Source: Vicugna vicugna (Eukaryota). Taken from it: DNA of 58,361 nt. The notes under the pieces are model-generated. The model had not been told where the DNA came from. It saw only the letters and a list, made by a program, of their open reading frames with translations, and did not search any database. Shown here piece after piece: positions 36,071 through 49,760 of the stretch. Where the stretch lies: contig MU058065.1 in NCBI GenBank assembly GCA_013265495.1, positions 9,279,819 through 9,338,179 of the forward strand, given 5' to 3'. The position numbers were made by a program, and so were the translations under genes. Numbering within the stretch: the stretch's first letter is position 1; every line of letters begins with the position of its first letter.

Positions 36071-39000
36071 ACCAAACTCTAGAATTCTTGATAGAAGCCC
36101 TAGAGTTTAAAATTTTGGTGTGCTTATTAGTTACATACTTCTAAATATCTTAAGTGCTTACTACCTCAATTTACATTTAGTGAATACAGCATCAAACCCA
36201 GATATCTCTCTGTTTCCCTGTGTTTTCTAGAACAGCCCAGCAGGGGTGGAGGCAGTTCTGAGCTTCATTTAAGGGTACTGTCTGATGGAAAGTTCAGGGT
36301 GTGCTTGTTGGAAGATGTTCCCCAGAGTTTCAGTGTTATCCCTCAGTCTTTAGGGATAAGTGTGCATTAGACAGTGGAGAAAAATTCCATGCATGGAGCC
36401 TGGGTAGAAAACTGGACGGAGAGGAGGTGAGTCATCCATGGGAGCAAACTCCTGCCCACTTCCTCTTTTAAAGACTGATTCATGAACTGACGTGTACAAG
36501 AGAGTGCCCGGCTCAGGGTTTGCTGGCCACCCACATGCTTCTTGGCGAACCAAAACTACATCCAAATACCGAGTTGCTTTGGAGTCTTCATATTCATGTG
36601 ATGGTTCCTAGACCCAGTTCAGCTATTTTATAAAGGGGAGCAGGAAAACCTGGTGATACTTAATGTCTGTATAAATGGAGAAATGCCTTGGACTTGTGCA
36701 AGCCGCAGCTATATGAACTGTTCCTTAATTTCCTGCAAATTATACATTTGTGCAATTTATTTTTGATGATTTGTGAAACCTCCCCCAAATTTGGACAATG
36801 TCAACAACTTAAACATGGATCACAGGAAATGTGATTGCCTTCATTTTCAGCATTAACGAATCGCTCGGGCAATTCATGACTTGTTTCGGAGGCTGTGAGG
36901 TGGGTTTGCGATAGATGCTGATAATATTTCTGTGGGGAGGTAAGCTGGCTTGTGCCTTGATGGTTATGCTCTTTGATTTTGGGTTTTGCTCTTTATGCAG
37001 TGGAGTGAGGTCAGAGAGTGAAATTTTTGTCTCCAGAACACTCTCCTTACCCTCTTATTTGTGTCTGAAGGGGAGACACAGCACGTGCAGCGCACAGTGG
37101 GTTGCCGTGGTGGGAAAGGGGAGATGCTCTAGGTCTTTCTGAATCTCTTTACCCTTTCGGTGCCTCTGTCCCTGAGTCTTTGGGTTGATGTATCAGACAC
37201 ATCTGATTTTTCCTGATAATTTAAAAGTATTAGGTTCTGAAGCCTTAGGACTTCAAGCAAGTTATATTGTGAAACTATTTTATACGGTCAAACTGTTTTG
37301 TATCCTGAATAGCTCTCACCTAGCACAATCACATTTCAGACACCACATGCAGGTATCATGGTCCTGTCTTTTGAGTTGATGGGTCATGTGTCTTGATCTG
37401 AATTTTTGTGCCAATCAGAAATCGAACCTGGGTGGTAAAATCTGTCATTTGCACTGATGAATAACTATCAGTGAGTGTTTACTTTTAGAAGTTCATTGCC
37501 AATTAAGAACTGACTGCATTTTGTGTAATCTGTCCCTTTGTGCACCAGAATGCAGTAAGTATGAACTGTTTGCAGTGCCAGTCTGTTGCATGCTCCTGTG
37601 TTAATAGCTTCTCCAACTGTGTGAACTTTGCAGTAAACGGCCATTGATTAATTGTGTGTGGATATGAAACGTGGAATTCGTACAAGAACTTACAAAATCA
37701 AGGAGACATTTATTTTAGCTCTAACTTACTCCTTAGGTTGTGTGGTAATTGTGAAGCTTTGCCTCTGGTTTCTAATCTGCTTGTGTGTATTTCATAGTGC
37801 TGTGCTGGACATGTCCCTCCCACTGTTCACAGCCATGCAGTGTGTCTCAGGACACCGGTTGCTCTGCCCTTCCTTCTCCTCATTTGTTACCACTTGAAAA
37901 TTTAGCAGAATTTTGTTTATATAGCTCTTGGGCACAGACTTGTTGAATAATGGAAAGGATTTACTCCATGAATTCATTTTCTCAAAAAACCAAAGATCTG
38001 GTCACACAAATCACTAAAATTTTAATTTTATTTGTAAGTTTTAATTTTGGGTAGTGGCAGTCTGTAAGGATATATTTTACCAAACTAAGAATGCCAGACT
38101 TTCTCATAAAGAAATGGCCTCATACTGATTATAATAATAACAAGGCATTTATATCAGATCGACTTCAGCTGCTAAGGAACATTGTTAAGCTCTAAGGATT
38201 GGAGTCCATGTTTTTTAGTACTTGACGTGAAAATGAGTACTGGGAAGTGACCTTTGTGTCTAAGACTATCTTTGATGAATGTTTTGGTAGTAAATGTGTA
38301 CCTTTTAAGCAAGAATCTTCAGTGTTTAAAAAAAAACTTTTGTCTTCAATTACATTTCACGTTAAAAGATTAGTTGGTGATAATGTGTATGTGTCATTTA
38401 CGGCTTAGCGTTCACTGGTGATTTGAGTTCACTGATGATGAGACATTCTTAGCCAACTTGCAGGAAAGTGTGTGGTCAGATGCTGCATCCTAAGTATCGT
38501 GTTAAAATTTGTCCTGGGTGGGACCGAGGTTGATTTTGGAAGATCAACTGTCAGAAAACTCTGTGACTTTTTTGCTTTCACCATTTATGGAAGGATCTGA
38601 AGGCCGTTGCTCTGCCTTCGCAGGGAGAGGCAAGGTTCAGTGCTGCCTCGCGGCCCATTAGGCCGGGACTGGCTGCCTCAGGGAGAGAGGAGTCTGGTTT
38701 ATGAGTGGTAGGCTCGCCGTCTCTCACTCTAACTGCCACCCTCTCCTCTCTCTGCAAAGAGGAGGACAGAGGTGAAAATAAAAGTTTTGCCACCAGATCG
38801 GCCTCTTCCTAATGGTGCCATTGTTGTTGAAGTGTATTCATCCTACAGACGTGCATTTTTGTGCCTTCGGTAGTACAATACATTAAGCCCTGAGGATTGT
38901 TCGGAAATGATGTAGACCTGAATCATAGGCGATAACTGATATGAAGAAGAAACTACGGAGAATCCTAAGGGTGATAAATGTGTAAACCTTCTGAGAGGGG

Positions 39001-39447
39001 AGATTGCTTCTAGCTCAGAGGTGGTTTTGATGTGCTGACTCCTTTGAGTCTGTATTTTGTGGGCACTTCATTTGTTTGTTCACTCATCAGATATGTGTTG
39101 AGTGTTTGCTGGGTGCAAAGTGCTGCAGTTCACCCATTGGTGAACAAGAGGCCTAGAGTCAACCCTTGCCCTTAAGGGATGTCCTATCTAGTGAGACATA
39201 AATGTGAAACTGATCAGGACATGTGTACGCATGTATACGCATATATACAAATAATAGCATGATTTTTCAAAAGTGCTCGTATGTAAGAGTCAGAGTGAGG
39301 GGTTTGATCCTGGGTCGGGGAATAAGAGGTCAGATCAGGAAGACTTTCTTGAGCTTCAGAGTTTCACCTGAGAGTGGAAGACTGAACACTCAGGTGGCAG
39401 ATTATAAATCTCATTGTTTCTTTTCTGATTCTTCAGGGGGAAATGTA

Positions 39448-39509
39448 TTTCTTTTTTTCTTTTTCTTTCTTTCTTTCTCTCTCTCTCTCTCTCTCTTTTT
39501 TTTTTTTTT
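39448..39509. repeat. polypyrimidine (TTTC)n/(TC)n/poly-T tract
   Basis: directly visible. Confidence 0.8.
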
Positions 39510-39780
39510 ACCACGTGTTGGGTGCTTATTTGTCAACTAAAATTCTTCATTCTCCAAATACTGCATAACTCGTGTATCCTCCATTCATTCACTTGACCCA
39601 TGAATTGCTCTCCGAGTGCCTGCCACGTGCAAGCTTGTGTCTGGGAGCTGTGTGCTGGGCCGCAGTTAGATCTGCAAGATGGCGTGTGACGTTTCTCGTG
39701 GATGGAGGTGTTAGAGCAGCATTGCTGGGGGAGCACTGTTGGCACGCTTTGTAAGACTGTCTTCATTTTTCTCCATTTAG

Positions 39781-39885
39781 GACAACAGCTTTGAGCAGTT
39801 CATTATTAATTATTGTAATGAGAAGCTGCAGCAAATCTTCATTGAACTGACTCTTAAAGAAGAACAGGAGGAGTATATACGAGAG
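39781..39885 (+). CDS. MYO1B: MYO1B exon (~exon 14), 105 nt, relay helix
   Basis: atttag|GACAAC...CGAGAG|gtaatg; [35 protein letters not shown]. Confidence 0.95.
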
Positions 39886-40149
39886 GTAATGTTGAGAAAA
39901 TCTTTTAAATATTCCTTTTTTACTCATAATACAAATTCTAGATTCAGAAGACTATAAACATAGTTTAGCCATACTGTGTCTTTTAAAAATTTGTTTGGTA
40001 TGACATCTAACTGGAATTTTCTTTTCTACTCTGATGCTAGTGCCCAGGACAATGCCTGGCATATAGTAGGTGCCCACTGAACATCGGTTGACTGACGTGT
40101 CACTGGATGCAGTGCAGTGAAGTAAAATAATATCCTGTTAAGGAACTAG

Positions 40150-40530
40150 TCCGAGGTGAATGGACACATAACTGTGGTACATCCATACAAGGGCATACTA
40201 CTCAGCAATAAGAAGGAACAAACAGTTGATACAGTAACAAAGGAATCTCAGATGCATCAGGCTAAGTGAAAGAAGCCAGACTCAAAAGGCTACACATGCT
40301 TGATTCCATTTCTGTGTCATTCTATAAAAGGCAAAGCTATAGAGGCAAAGTGATGGGGACACAACGGTCAGTCGTTGCCAGGGGATCAGAGTGTGACCTC
40401 CAGGGGGCAGCATGGGGGGATTTTGGAGGCTGACTGTGGTGGTGGTTACCTGACACTACACATTTGCCAAAAACAAAGAGAACTGTATATCAAAAAAGTC
40501 AATTATCATGTATATAAATTTGAAAATATT
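40150..40530 (+). mobile_element. old L1 3' region (L1MB/MC-like)
   Basis: actgtggtacatccataca...tactactcagcaataagaagga...gctaagtgaaagaagccagactcaaaaggctaca. Confidence 0.8.
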
Positions 40531-41909
40531 TTGAAACTTTGTTCAGTCTTGAAAAGCATTAATTTTCTAAAATCTTACAATAAAAACAGGTATCATTTGT
40601 TGAGTGTTTACTATATGCCAAGTATTATACTAGTGCTGTGGATGGATTATCTCAGTCAATATAGTTGGAAAATAATCAGAAGAAATATACACAAAGTCCT
40701 TACATCCTTAATTGTAAAATACATACTTGGTTTTCACCTTTCATTTTTTTAATAGAAAATGTTTTTCTAAGTATAAAACTTATTTATTTCAGAAAAAAAG
40801 AAATTTTGTTGTATCTATTATATTTTTGTTTTCTTTTCATTTATTTGCTTTAATATTTTAGTAATATTACCTATTTTTCTTCATTTTCTGTAGGGTCATT
40901 TTAAGTCATTAAGAACACCGAATCCTCTTTTTTGGCCTCTCCATATAGATTTTTCTAATGTGATTATTATCCCCAGCGATTTAGTAAAATAACTCATCTT
41001 CTCAAAAGCTAAATTATAAATATTTCATCTTTCATTTAGAATGATCATCATGCTTTAGAAAGATTTTATACTTGAGTGGCACCTTTTTTAACGTAAACAT
41101 CCTAAAAGCCAGATTCATTCTCTTCCTGTCTTCTCATCATAAAGAGACTGTCCAAACTTTGATCTGTAACTTAAAACAGTTTGTACAGATTGTCTGAAAC
41201 ACTTCTCAGAGTGTATAGGAAGATCCCTGGCGTGCCATATGAATTAACTTTCTTCCCCTTAGAAGAAAAATAAATGTTTACACTTATGGACAGAGTGTAA
41301 GCAGATACAGAATGATTACATTTGGCCTCCCGGCTTTGGCTTTGTAACTAGTGTTGGAACCAGTGGAGAGGTTTCCATGTCTTTCCTTATGTTGAAAATA
41401 CTTGGTCTTAGCACGGTTCTATTTTTACATTGGAAATAGTCAACAACCCTACAACATGGGATTGACCCTAAAATTAATTTCTTCCTTGTGATACAAATTA
41501 GGAACAGAAGAATGTAGGCCTTAGATTCTTGGGATCAAGTTCTGACTTGTTTCCTTATAAACATCGTAGATATACACAAAGTGATACTGACTACTGACCC
41601 AAGGGCTTGTTGAGTAAATGGCGCAGGGCCAGCACAGCGCATGGGAAATCGCCATGGATGGGAGAGTGGACGGGGAGTCTGTCCCAGCACAGGTCAAGGG
41701 CGTTGGTTCCAGTCAGATCGTGTCAGTGCTGAACTGCTGCATTCCAGAAGTTTTGGGAACCAGAAGATGACATTTGCTGCGTTGATATTATAAAGGAAGT
41801 TTTCAGAGAGGAAGTGGGATATGGTGAGACAGGCGAAGTCCTGGGTTACAGATGGTAGTGTTGTGGCATCATCATATGGAATTTGATTTTGTCCTGTTTT
41901 CTTTTTCAG

Positions 41910-41972
41910 GGCATAGAATGGACTCACATTGAGTACTTCAATAATGCTATCATTTGTGACCTAATAGAAAAT
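41910..41972 (+). CDS. MYO1B: MYO1B exon (~exon 15), 63 nt
   Basis: tttcag|GGCATAGAATGG...GAAAAT|gtgagt; GIEWTHIEYFNNAIICDLIEN. Confidence 0.95.
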
Positions 41973-42439
41973 GTGAGTATTGGGTAGTTTTCTAAGGAAT
42001 TTCTTAGTAATATAATTCACTACTTACGAATGCTCTCACTGCCTTCAATGTTAAGCTTTAGTATTTTCACCTTTTCAACACTTTTCTTTAGAGAACTGCG
42101 AAATCCTGGGGACTTTTATTATAACCTTAAGAGATCATACGTAGTTCTTAAACACATACGTTGACAGCTGGACTTTTTGATACATAGCCGGGACCCCCCC
42201 CCCCAATGCTCATCCTGTTGCCAGTGACAGAGCCCATCTGTGACGTTCCGATGCCCTGCCGTTGGATGCACCCTTCTTTCTTGTGTGCTGGGAACCTAGC
42301 TCCCATCCACAGCTCCTGGAAATAGGATCACTGATCAAAGGAGATTTCAGAAAAAGAGCTGTTTGCCAAATCAAAATATCCATTTCATTTCTAAAATTCT
42401 AGTGATCTGTTAACAATATGTTCAGTGGTTTTTATCAAT

Positions 42440-43270
42440 AATTGTTGGTGAGGATGTGGGGAAATCGTAGGTAACCCTTGTGCACTGATGGTAGGAATGT
42501 AAATTCGTGTAACTGTTATAGAAAACAGTATAGAGTTTCCTCAGAAAATTAAAAATAGAACTGGTGTATGACCCAGGAATCCCACTCCTTGAGTATATAT
42601 CCAAAAGAAACAGATTCAAGATCTCAAAGAGACATCTTCACTCCCATGTTCACTGCAGCTTTATTCACAATAGCCAAGATAGGGAAACCACCTAAGCATC
42701 CGTCTACAGATGAATGGATAAAGAAGATGTGTATGTATACAATGGAATATTGTTCAGCCATGACAAAGAAGGAAATCCTGCCATTTGTGACAACAAGGAT
42801 GGACTTTGAGGGCATTATGTTAAGTGAAATAAGTCAGAGAAAGACAAATACTAAAAGATGTCACTTATGTGTAGAATCTTAAAAAAAAACAAACTTACAG
42901 AAACAGAGAATAAAATGAATGGTGATTGCCGGGGCTGGGGGTAGGGGAAGGTGGGGAGATAGAGGCCAGAGGGTTCAAACTTCCAGTTACAAGGTGAGTG
43001 AGTTCTGGAAATCTAATGTACAGCATGGTGATTATAGTTAACAATACCATATTATATACTTGAAAGTACTTAAGAGAGACTAGGTCTTAAGTGTTCTCAC
43101 CACAAAAAAGAAATGGTAATTATGTGATGTGATGGAGATAACTAACATTATGGTAGTGGTTTTTCAGTAGATAAGCGTATTAAGTCGACATGTTGTACGC
43201 TTTAAATTTACAGTGTTTTATGCCAATTATATCTCAGTAAAGCTGGAAAAAATTTTTTTGAATAAAAAAC
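42440..43270 (+). mobile_element. 5'-truncated L1 (L1MA9-like): ORF2 C-terminus and 3'UTR
   Basis: ORF 42568-42882 contains the L1 ORF2 tail (TPMFTAALFTIAK...PSTDEWIKKM...); the 3'UTR ends aattatatctcagtaaagctggaaaaa. Confidence 0.9.
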
Positions 43271-45271
43271 GACAAAAAACCTCCACGTTCAGGTTAAGAT
43301 AAAGGAGGATAAAGGGACAACTTCAGGAGCTGAATTAGGTGGGCTCCAAGACCCAGGAGTGGCTGGTGTGGACCATGGCATTGCTTCAGGGAGATGAGGG
43401 GTTAGTGTGTGTGTGACTTCACTGGTGGCCAGGGGCCGTGGGTTTTTTCAGGTTACCAATGATGTATATGAAAAGGCTTAAAGTGTGAAAAATTACTGTG
43501 TCATTTTTAGTCACCTTTCTGAATCTAAGATTTTTGTTTTTACATCATATTCTGTAGTTTATTATGAGTGGATTGCAGGAAAACTGATTTGTGTGTAAAA
43601 ACCTGGGACTTATTTTATGCTTAGGGTTACTAGCACTCCTCCTGGTTTAATAACAAAGTATTTTGAAACAGTGCATGAACTTCATTGTTCTAGTCTTTTC
43701 AGCTGTCAGTGTTAAGTGACTGCTGTGTTTCAGTGATAGAATCACAGGCTCTAAATGTCCAGCAAATCATTTTTTTGTTCATCTTTAACAAGACCTTTTG
43801 GAAATTATGTAATTAGTCGGTATCTTTTCCTTCAGTATTCAAAATATTCCTGAAAGCTGCATCTCTGATTAAATTGAACTTATAAAACAGTATTCTAAAG
43901 CATTACTGTTTTTCAGTTAAAAAATAATCTTTGTTTTGAAAAATTCAAACAGCGTTGGAATGTGAACGCTAATATTCCACCTAAGCAATTCACAACTCTA
44001 GTCTAAAACCCCAGAAAATTGGTGGAATTCCTGAAAACTTTTTCTGGTAAATTTTGAGACCAAAGTAATTTGCTGTGGGAATTTTAACTTTCAGAAGTTG
44101 TGACTAGCACATTCTTCTTCATAAATTTGATATTGTACTTAATTATTTTCCGTTAAGGAGGGAGGGGGGAAATGAGAACAGTGGTAATGCACTTAATTTA
44201 ACTAGATTATCTCAGCCCAGAATTCCCTGGCATATATGATTAAAGAAACTCACGTTCACATAGGAGCCTGAGCACAGAGAGGAAGTGTTTCCGTCCAGCA
44301 TCACCTAACAAGCATGTTTATTCTAAGGCTGTTAGGAGCACACTTGATTCCTCGGAGTCCACACTTCCCCCAGGTTTTGTGTGGGGTGAATGAATGCTGG
44401 TCAGAGGATGTCCCAGCCTTGTATGGAGAAGACGTGGAAGTGGGTGGGGCTGAGGGTCAGGGGATTGTTCTCTGGGGAATGGAGACGGATGGGCCTGGAG
44501 GGGCAGTCAAGGGACTTCAGCCTTTATTTAGCAAAGTAGAAGATTCCTGATTTTTCATTCAGTTTGGCTGGACTGACTGCTCTTGGGGTATATATGATCA
44601 CAGGATCTGAATACCCAACAAATTCTCACTCATGTTTAACATCCATTTCAAAATTTTATATGGAAGAAGAATTTTATTCTAAACAGGTATTCTTAAAACA
44701 CAGCATTGATCGTTAAAAGCAACATCCCAAATCACATCACTTCCCCCCACCCCCGAGAAAATAAACTTTATTTTGAACACAAGAACAGTTTGCAAACATG
44801 TGAAACCAATTTTCTTCTCAAGCTATGGATCGAATAATGATGGCCTTAGAAGACCATGGTTTGTGATTTATGGCCACATATTATAGAGGTAGTATTGTCA
44901 CATTCGTTTTTGACTTTTAGATTTGTTTTTTAATCTTTGAGGTCTGACTTGTCTAAACGTGAATTTCAGTGATCAGCCAGCGAAGGTGGCTGAGGTGACT
45001 TCCTCAGTCCTGTTCTGTGGGGGAAGCACCCTGGGGGAGGGGGAGATTCATAGAGACACTCCTCCCCTTCCCCCCACCCCCCACACCTGGGCCACTTCGG
45101 AGGAGGGCTGATTTCTGTGGCTTTTTGTTCTTTGTTTTGATTCTCTGCTTCTTGTGACTGAACGGAATTTTCTTGTGACTAAGTTGATTGTGTTCAATGG
45201 TATAATTAGGAATAATTATGAGAACAATACAGTGAGGAAGGAAGGAAACCTTTTTATTTCCTCTCTCCCAG

Positions 45272-45472
45272 AACACAAATGGAATCCTGGCCATGCTGGA
45301 TGAGGAGTGCCTGAGACCTGGCACGGTCACCGACGAGACCTTCTTGGAAAAGCTGAACCAAGTCTGCGCCACCCACCAGCACTTTGAGAGCAGGATGAGC
45401 AAGTGCTCCCGGTTCCTCAATGACACGTCCCTGCCTCACAGCTGTTTCAGGATCCAGCATTATGCCGGCAAG
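45272..45472 (+). CDS. MYO1B: MYO1B exon (~exon 16), 201 nt
   Basis: tcccag|AACACAAAT...GGCAAG|gtatgg; NTNGILAMLDEECLRPG...FRIQHYAGK. Confidence 0.95.
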
Positions 45473-46536
45473 GTATGGGCACTGTGAGACCCAGGCGGGC
45501 GCCATGCCCCAGGGATGGCAGCCCCACCAGCTCCAAGAGTTTGCATGGAGCTGCTGGCATAGTAGAATCAGTAAATGTTGAGAAGAAATAGAATCTGGAG
45601 CATGCTGAACAAAATCTTACGAGGACTGAGAGGTGGAAGGAAAGCCAGTAGACTTAATCAAAGAGTTCAGATTGATACTAAACATCGATTTTATTACTTT
45701 CAAGCTCCAAGCTATCCTGTAAGAAAGATTTATCAACACCAATAAAAGATCTGCCAGTAAAGATTAAGAGTCACTAAAGACTGACAGTCAGCTTTTAAAA
45801 GCACAAAAAAATAAATAAAAATAAAAGCACAAAGCATTTAGCGAAAATCATGAATTTTTAGATTGAATTTGAAACGACACTGGAGAAAATATCTACTTGT
45901 TAAAAAATCTACTCTTTTATTCACTTGCTTAATATTTGGGGGAATTAATTAACATAAAGATAATGTTAAAAATAAGCTTGCAAACTTCAAAGGGGAAAAG
46001 TTTGATTATATATTTAGTAAAAATCATATGTATAGTATCTACATTTAACTTCAAAATTGAAACGTGGTACTTTACTTTTTCATCCTATTTTACTAAAAGA
46101 TACTTTCCTGGTCAGTTTCTCTGCTGGCTTAAAGTGTCTATGAAAATATCAGTGTTATCTCTATTTTCCTCCGTCTCCTTTTAAACACACCAGAATTGGC
46201 ACATGTAAACTGAAAAATAGAGGTAAAACCTCAAAAATATGCTTGAACACACAAAAAAGTCCTAAAATCCTTTGAAAATGTTATGATAACATTTTTGGAG
46301 TTTATTCTTGCAAATCCTGTAGGGTAACAGAATTTATTTTGAACTCTTCTGTGATTTAGACAGATGGAATTTAAACTTGGAGGCTAATTTGGTATTAGAG
46401 TGTGACTAATGTCTTGGGGATTTTTTGATGGAGAAAGAAGAGGCTGCAGTATAGATAGTCTCGGGTTATTTTTAACAGTTGTTTGATACTGTAGCGTGCA
46501 GAATATCAGCCGCTGAGTACCATGTGCTGCTTGTAG

Positions 46537-46763
46537 GTGCTGTACCAGGTGGAAGGATTTGTGGACAAAAACAACGACCTTCTCTATCGAGACCTGTCCC
46601 AAGCCATGTGGAAGGCCGGCCACGCCCTCATCAAGTCTTTGTTCCCCGAGGGGAACCCCGCCAAGATCAACCTGAAAAGGCCTCCCACAGCAGGCTCGCA
46701 GTTCAAGGCATCTGTGGCCACTTTGATGAAAAACCTGCAGACCAAGAATCCAAACTACATTAG
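46537..46763 (+). CDS. MYO1B: MYO1B exon (~exon 17), 227 nt
   Basis: ttgtag|GTGCTGTAC...TACATTAG|gtattt; VLYQVEGFVDKNNDLLYRDLSQ...KRPPTAGSQFKASVATLMKNLQTKNPNYI(R). Confidence 0.95.
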
Positions 46764-47714
46764 GTATTTCTCTCACATAGAGATCTCTTTTTCCGTTCAG
46801 TTACGAAGGCACTCTTAAGGAAGGTCATTTTCTTGTTTGTTTAAATCTGAGTGTAGTCCAAGCACAGGATAAAAGTAAGGTACTTATAGGTCAAATAATA
46901 TGATGTCTTAGGTTTGCTTTAAAAATACTCCAATGCCTCCAAAATGAGGAATTTTAAAAAGGAAATAAAAGAAGTTGGTGGAGTGAGACTAGATACTTAA
47001 TGAAATAGGGTTCTTGGCACATGGAAGTTCTCAACTTTCTGGGTTTTTTTTTTTTTAATTTAATGACAAGTTAAACAAACTGTAAATATTTTTTCTGATA
47101 AGGGTTTTGCATAAACTCTTATTGGATTCATTTTGGATTCTAGTTATATTAACTTAGAAAGTGGACTTTAGTTACAGGTCTGATATGAGGAAATATGTGT
47201 CTCTTTCTTTCTCGTGAGAGTTATCAGTGCAGAGAAAGTAATGATTTCTGAAGCAATCTGAAACTTTTCAAAGCAGCAGAAAGAACTTAAAAAGCATCTG
47301 GTCTCATTTTTCCACTTCTGGGGCATCTTAGATCTCAGGATTCAGTAAAGACCAACTAGGATTAGAGTTTGCAATGTGTGTATTTAGTGAACCAGGTAAC
47401 AGAAGGTGTGTGTCTAACAGATCAGATTTCATACGGCACGTGGCCACCCACCTGTGCCTTCTACGGTTGTCTTTGAAAAATACAGTTGTGAGGAAGTTAG
47501 AGTGAAGAACGTTTTTGTGTTTGGCTTGTTGACCAAATATTTATATTCATAACAAATGTAAAAAGGTAAAATCCCCTGATTTGATTGCAACCAGCTTAGA
47601 ACATATGTTAGGTAAAGATCTTAGTTTCAAGAAAAAATAACCAAGAAACTTTCTGTGATCAGTTGCTTTTGTTATTCTCAGTGGAGTCAACTTTTTTTTT
47701 GAACCTTTAAAATT

Positions 47715-48180
47715 CTATTTTATTGAGGTATCATTTGCATGAAGTGATATGTACAGATCCTAGGTTAATGGCTCAATTATTTTTTCACCTCTGTTTATAT
47801 ACTTTGGTAACCACCACCCAGGTCAAGACATGGAACATTCCATCACCCCAGAAAGTTCCTTTTTTCTCCTTCCCTTTTAGTGGTTTTAATGTGTCTATAA
47901 GAAGTCTTAACTAGTAAACTCCAAGGTTGTGAACATATTATTATATATTTTTACAGTCATTATAGTTTCAAATTTCATTTTAAGGTCTATACTTTTCCAT
48001 ATAGATATTCTATGGTTTTGGCACTATATATTGAAAAGAAAAAAAAATCTCTATTTCTCATTCATTTGTCTTGATGTCTTTATTGAAAATCAATTGAATA
48101 TATGTGTAGGAGTCTAGGTCTCAACTCACTAGTTTATTCCATTGATCTGTTCCGTTGATTTGTCTATCCTTAAGCCAAAG
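47715..48180 (-). mobile_element. old L1 fragments
   Basis: ttttattgaggtat...taaccaccacccaggtcaagacatggaacattccatcaccccagaaagttcc; tttattccattgatctg. Confidence 0.6.
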
Positions 48181-48344
48181 AGTAGACATTATTTTTATAA
48201 ATGTAAAAGGAAAGCATAAAGAAAACCAAGGTCGAATTAGGTAAGGTTTAGTTGTCCATATATCATATGTGTGTGTGGAATTTATTGGACAGTTGTAGCT
48301 AGGCAGACATCACCATACATGTTTAACAGTATATTAACTAGGAT

Positions 48345-49325
48345 ACAGAGATTGCTACAGCAAGATTCAGAAAAAACAGGGGCTTAAACAAGATTGACTT
48401 TTTTTTTTAATTGAAGTGCCATCAGTTACAGTGTGTCAGTTTCTGGTGTCCAGCCCAATGTCCCAGTCATGCATATACATACATATATTTCTTTTTTTTT
48501 CTTTTTATTAGAGGTTATTAAAGGTTTTTTTTTCATTAAAGGTTCCTTGTGCTACACAAGGCTATTAAAGATTTTTTTTATTAAAGGTTCCTTGTGCTAC
48601 ACAGCAGAAACTTTTTTTAAAATCTATTTTTGTATATAGTGGCTAACATTTGTAAATCTCAAACTCCCAAATTTATGCCTTCCCACCCTCTTTTCCCGGT
48701 AACCATAAGATTGTTTACTATGTCTGCGAGTCTGTTTTTGTTTTGTAGATAAGTTCATAGTATCCTTTTTTTCTTTTTTTTTTTTTTTTTCAGATTCCAC
48801 ATATGAGTGGTATCATATGGTATTTTTCTTTCTCTTTCTGACTTACTTCACTTAGAATGACAATCTTTAGGTCCATCCATGTTGTTGCAATGGCATTATT
48901 TTGTTATTTTTTATGGCTGAGTAGTATTGCATTGTATAAATATACTACAACTTCTTTATCCAGTCATAATGTTGACATTTATTTCTTATGTAACTTCTAA
49001 GTGTGTGGACTCCAGGGCCAGTAGAGCAACTCCCTCTGTGTTGTGGTCCTGCAGTTTCCAGGGTGTTTCCCCTAATCTGTGTAGTTTGCGATGGCTCACC
49101 ACCGTGTCAGCATTCCCAGCCAGCAGCTTGCAGAAGAGCAAAGAGAGAACAAGTGCCTTCCTTTTAAGGCCACACCAGAGATGGCAAATGTTACTTCTGC
49201 TCTGGCTAAAATTTTGGTCACATGGCCACACCCACCTGCAAAGGAAGCTGGGAAATGTAGTCTTTCCTTGGGCAGCAATTTGCCCTACTGAAAATGAGGG
49301 AGATTAGGGATTTAGGGAGACAGCG
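48345..49325. mobile_element. MLT1J/K-like LTR split by a younger L1
   Basis: ggcttaaacaagat at the left; cattcccagccagcag...tggtcacatggccacacccacctgcaaaggaagctgggaaatgtagtcttt at the right. Confidence 0.65.
48398..48967 (-). mobile_element. younger (lineage-specific) L1 3' end
   Basis: poly-T then aattgaagt...tcccagtcatgcatatacat...agattccacatatgagtggtatcatatggtatttttctttctctttctgacttacttcacttagaatgac...ttctttatccagtcat. Confidence 0.85.
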
Positions 49326-49334
49326 GTGTTTTTA

Positions 49335-49760
49335 ATCTTTTCATTGAGGTATATAATATACATACAGTACAGTAGGGTATGTGAATCTTAATTCTACTGC
49401 TTGTTGAATTTTTACATATGTCTACACCTGGGTAGTCCCATCCAGACCAAGATATAAAGCATTTCCATCAATTCAGAAGGGTCCCTTATGAAATTTTAAA
49501 GCATATAAGTACCATATTGTTTCCTTCATGTGCTGTTTAGGCAAAACAGTTCCTTCCCTGTCATTCTCCACCCCAGCCGCTCCCCAGCGGTAACAGCAAT
49601 ACCGAGTTCTCACCAGGGATTAGTCTTTCTAGAACTTCATATAGGTGGAATCATAATATAAGTCCTTTTTTACGTCAGACTTCTGTCATACGACAAAATG
49701 TCAGTGATATTCATCCATGGTATTATACACATTATTTTTTATTGCTGTGTATAAAGTGTA
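49335..49760 (-). mobile_element. old L1 3'UTR (L1MD/ME-like)
   Basis: ttcattgaggtatataatatacatacag...ttctagaacttcatataggtggaatcata...gatattcatccatg. Confidence 0.65.

Noticed and set aside
42568..42882. 104-aa ORF
   Set aside because: Decayed L1 ORF2 C-terminus, not a host gene.
46384..46776. 130-aa minus-strand ORF (also 45004-45426, 45254-45505, 20342-20629, 23454-23708)
   Set aside because: Antisense shadows of MYO1B exons with no independent gene signals.
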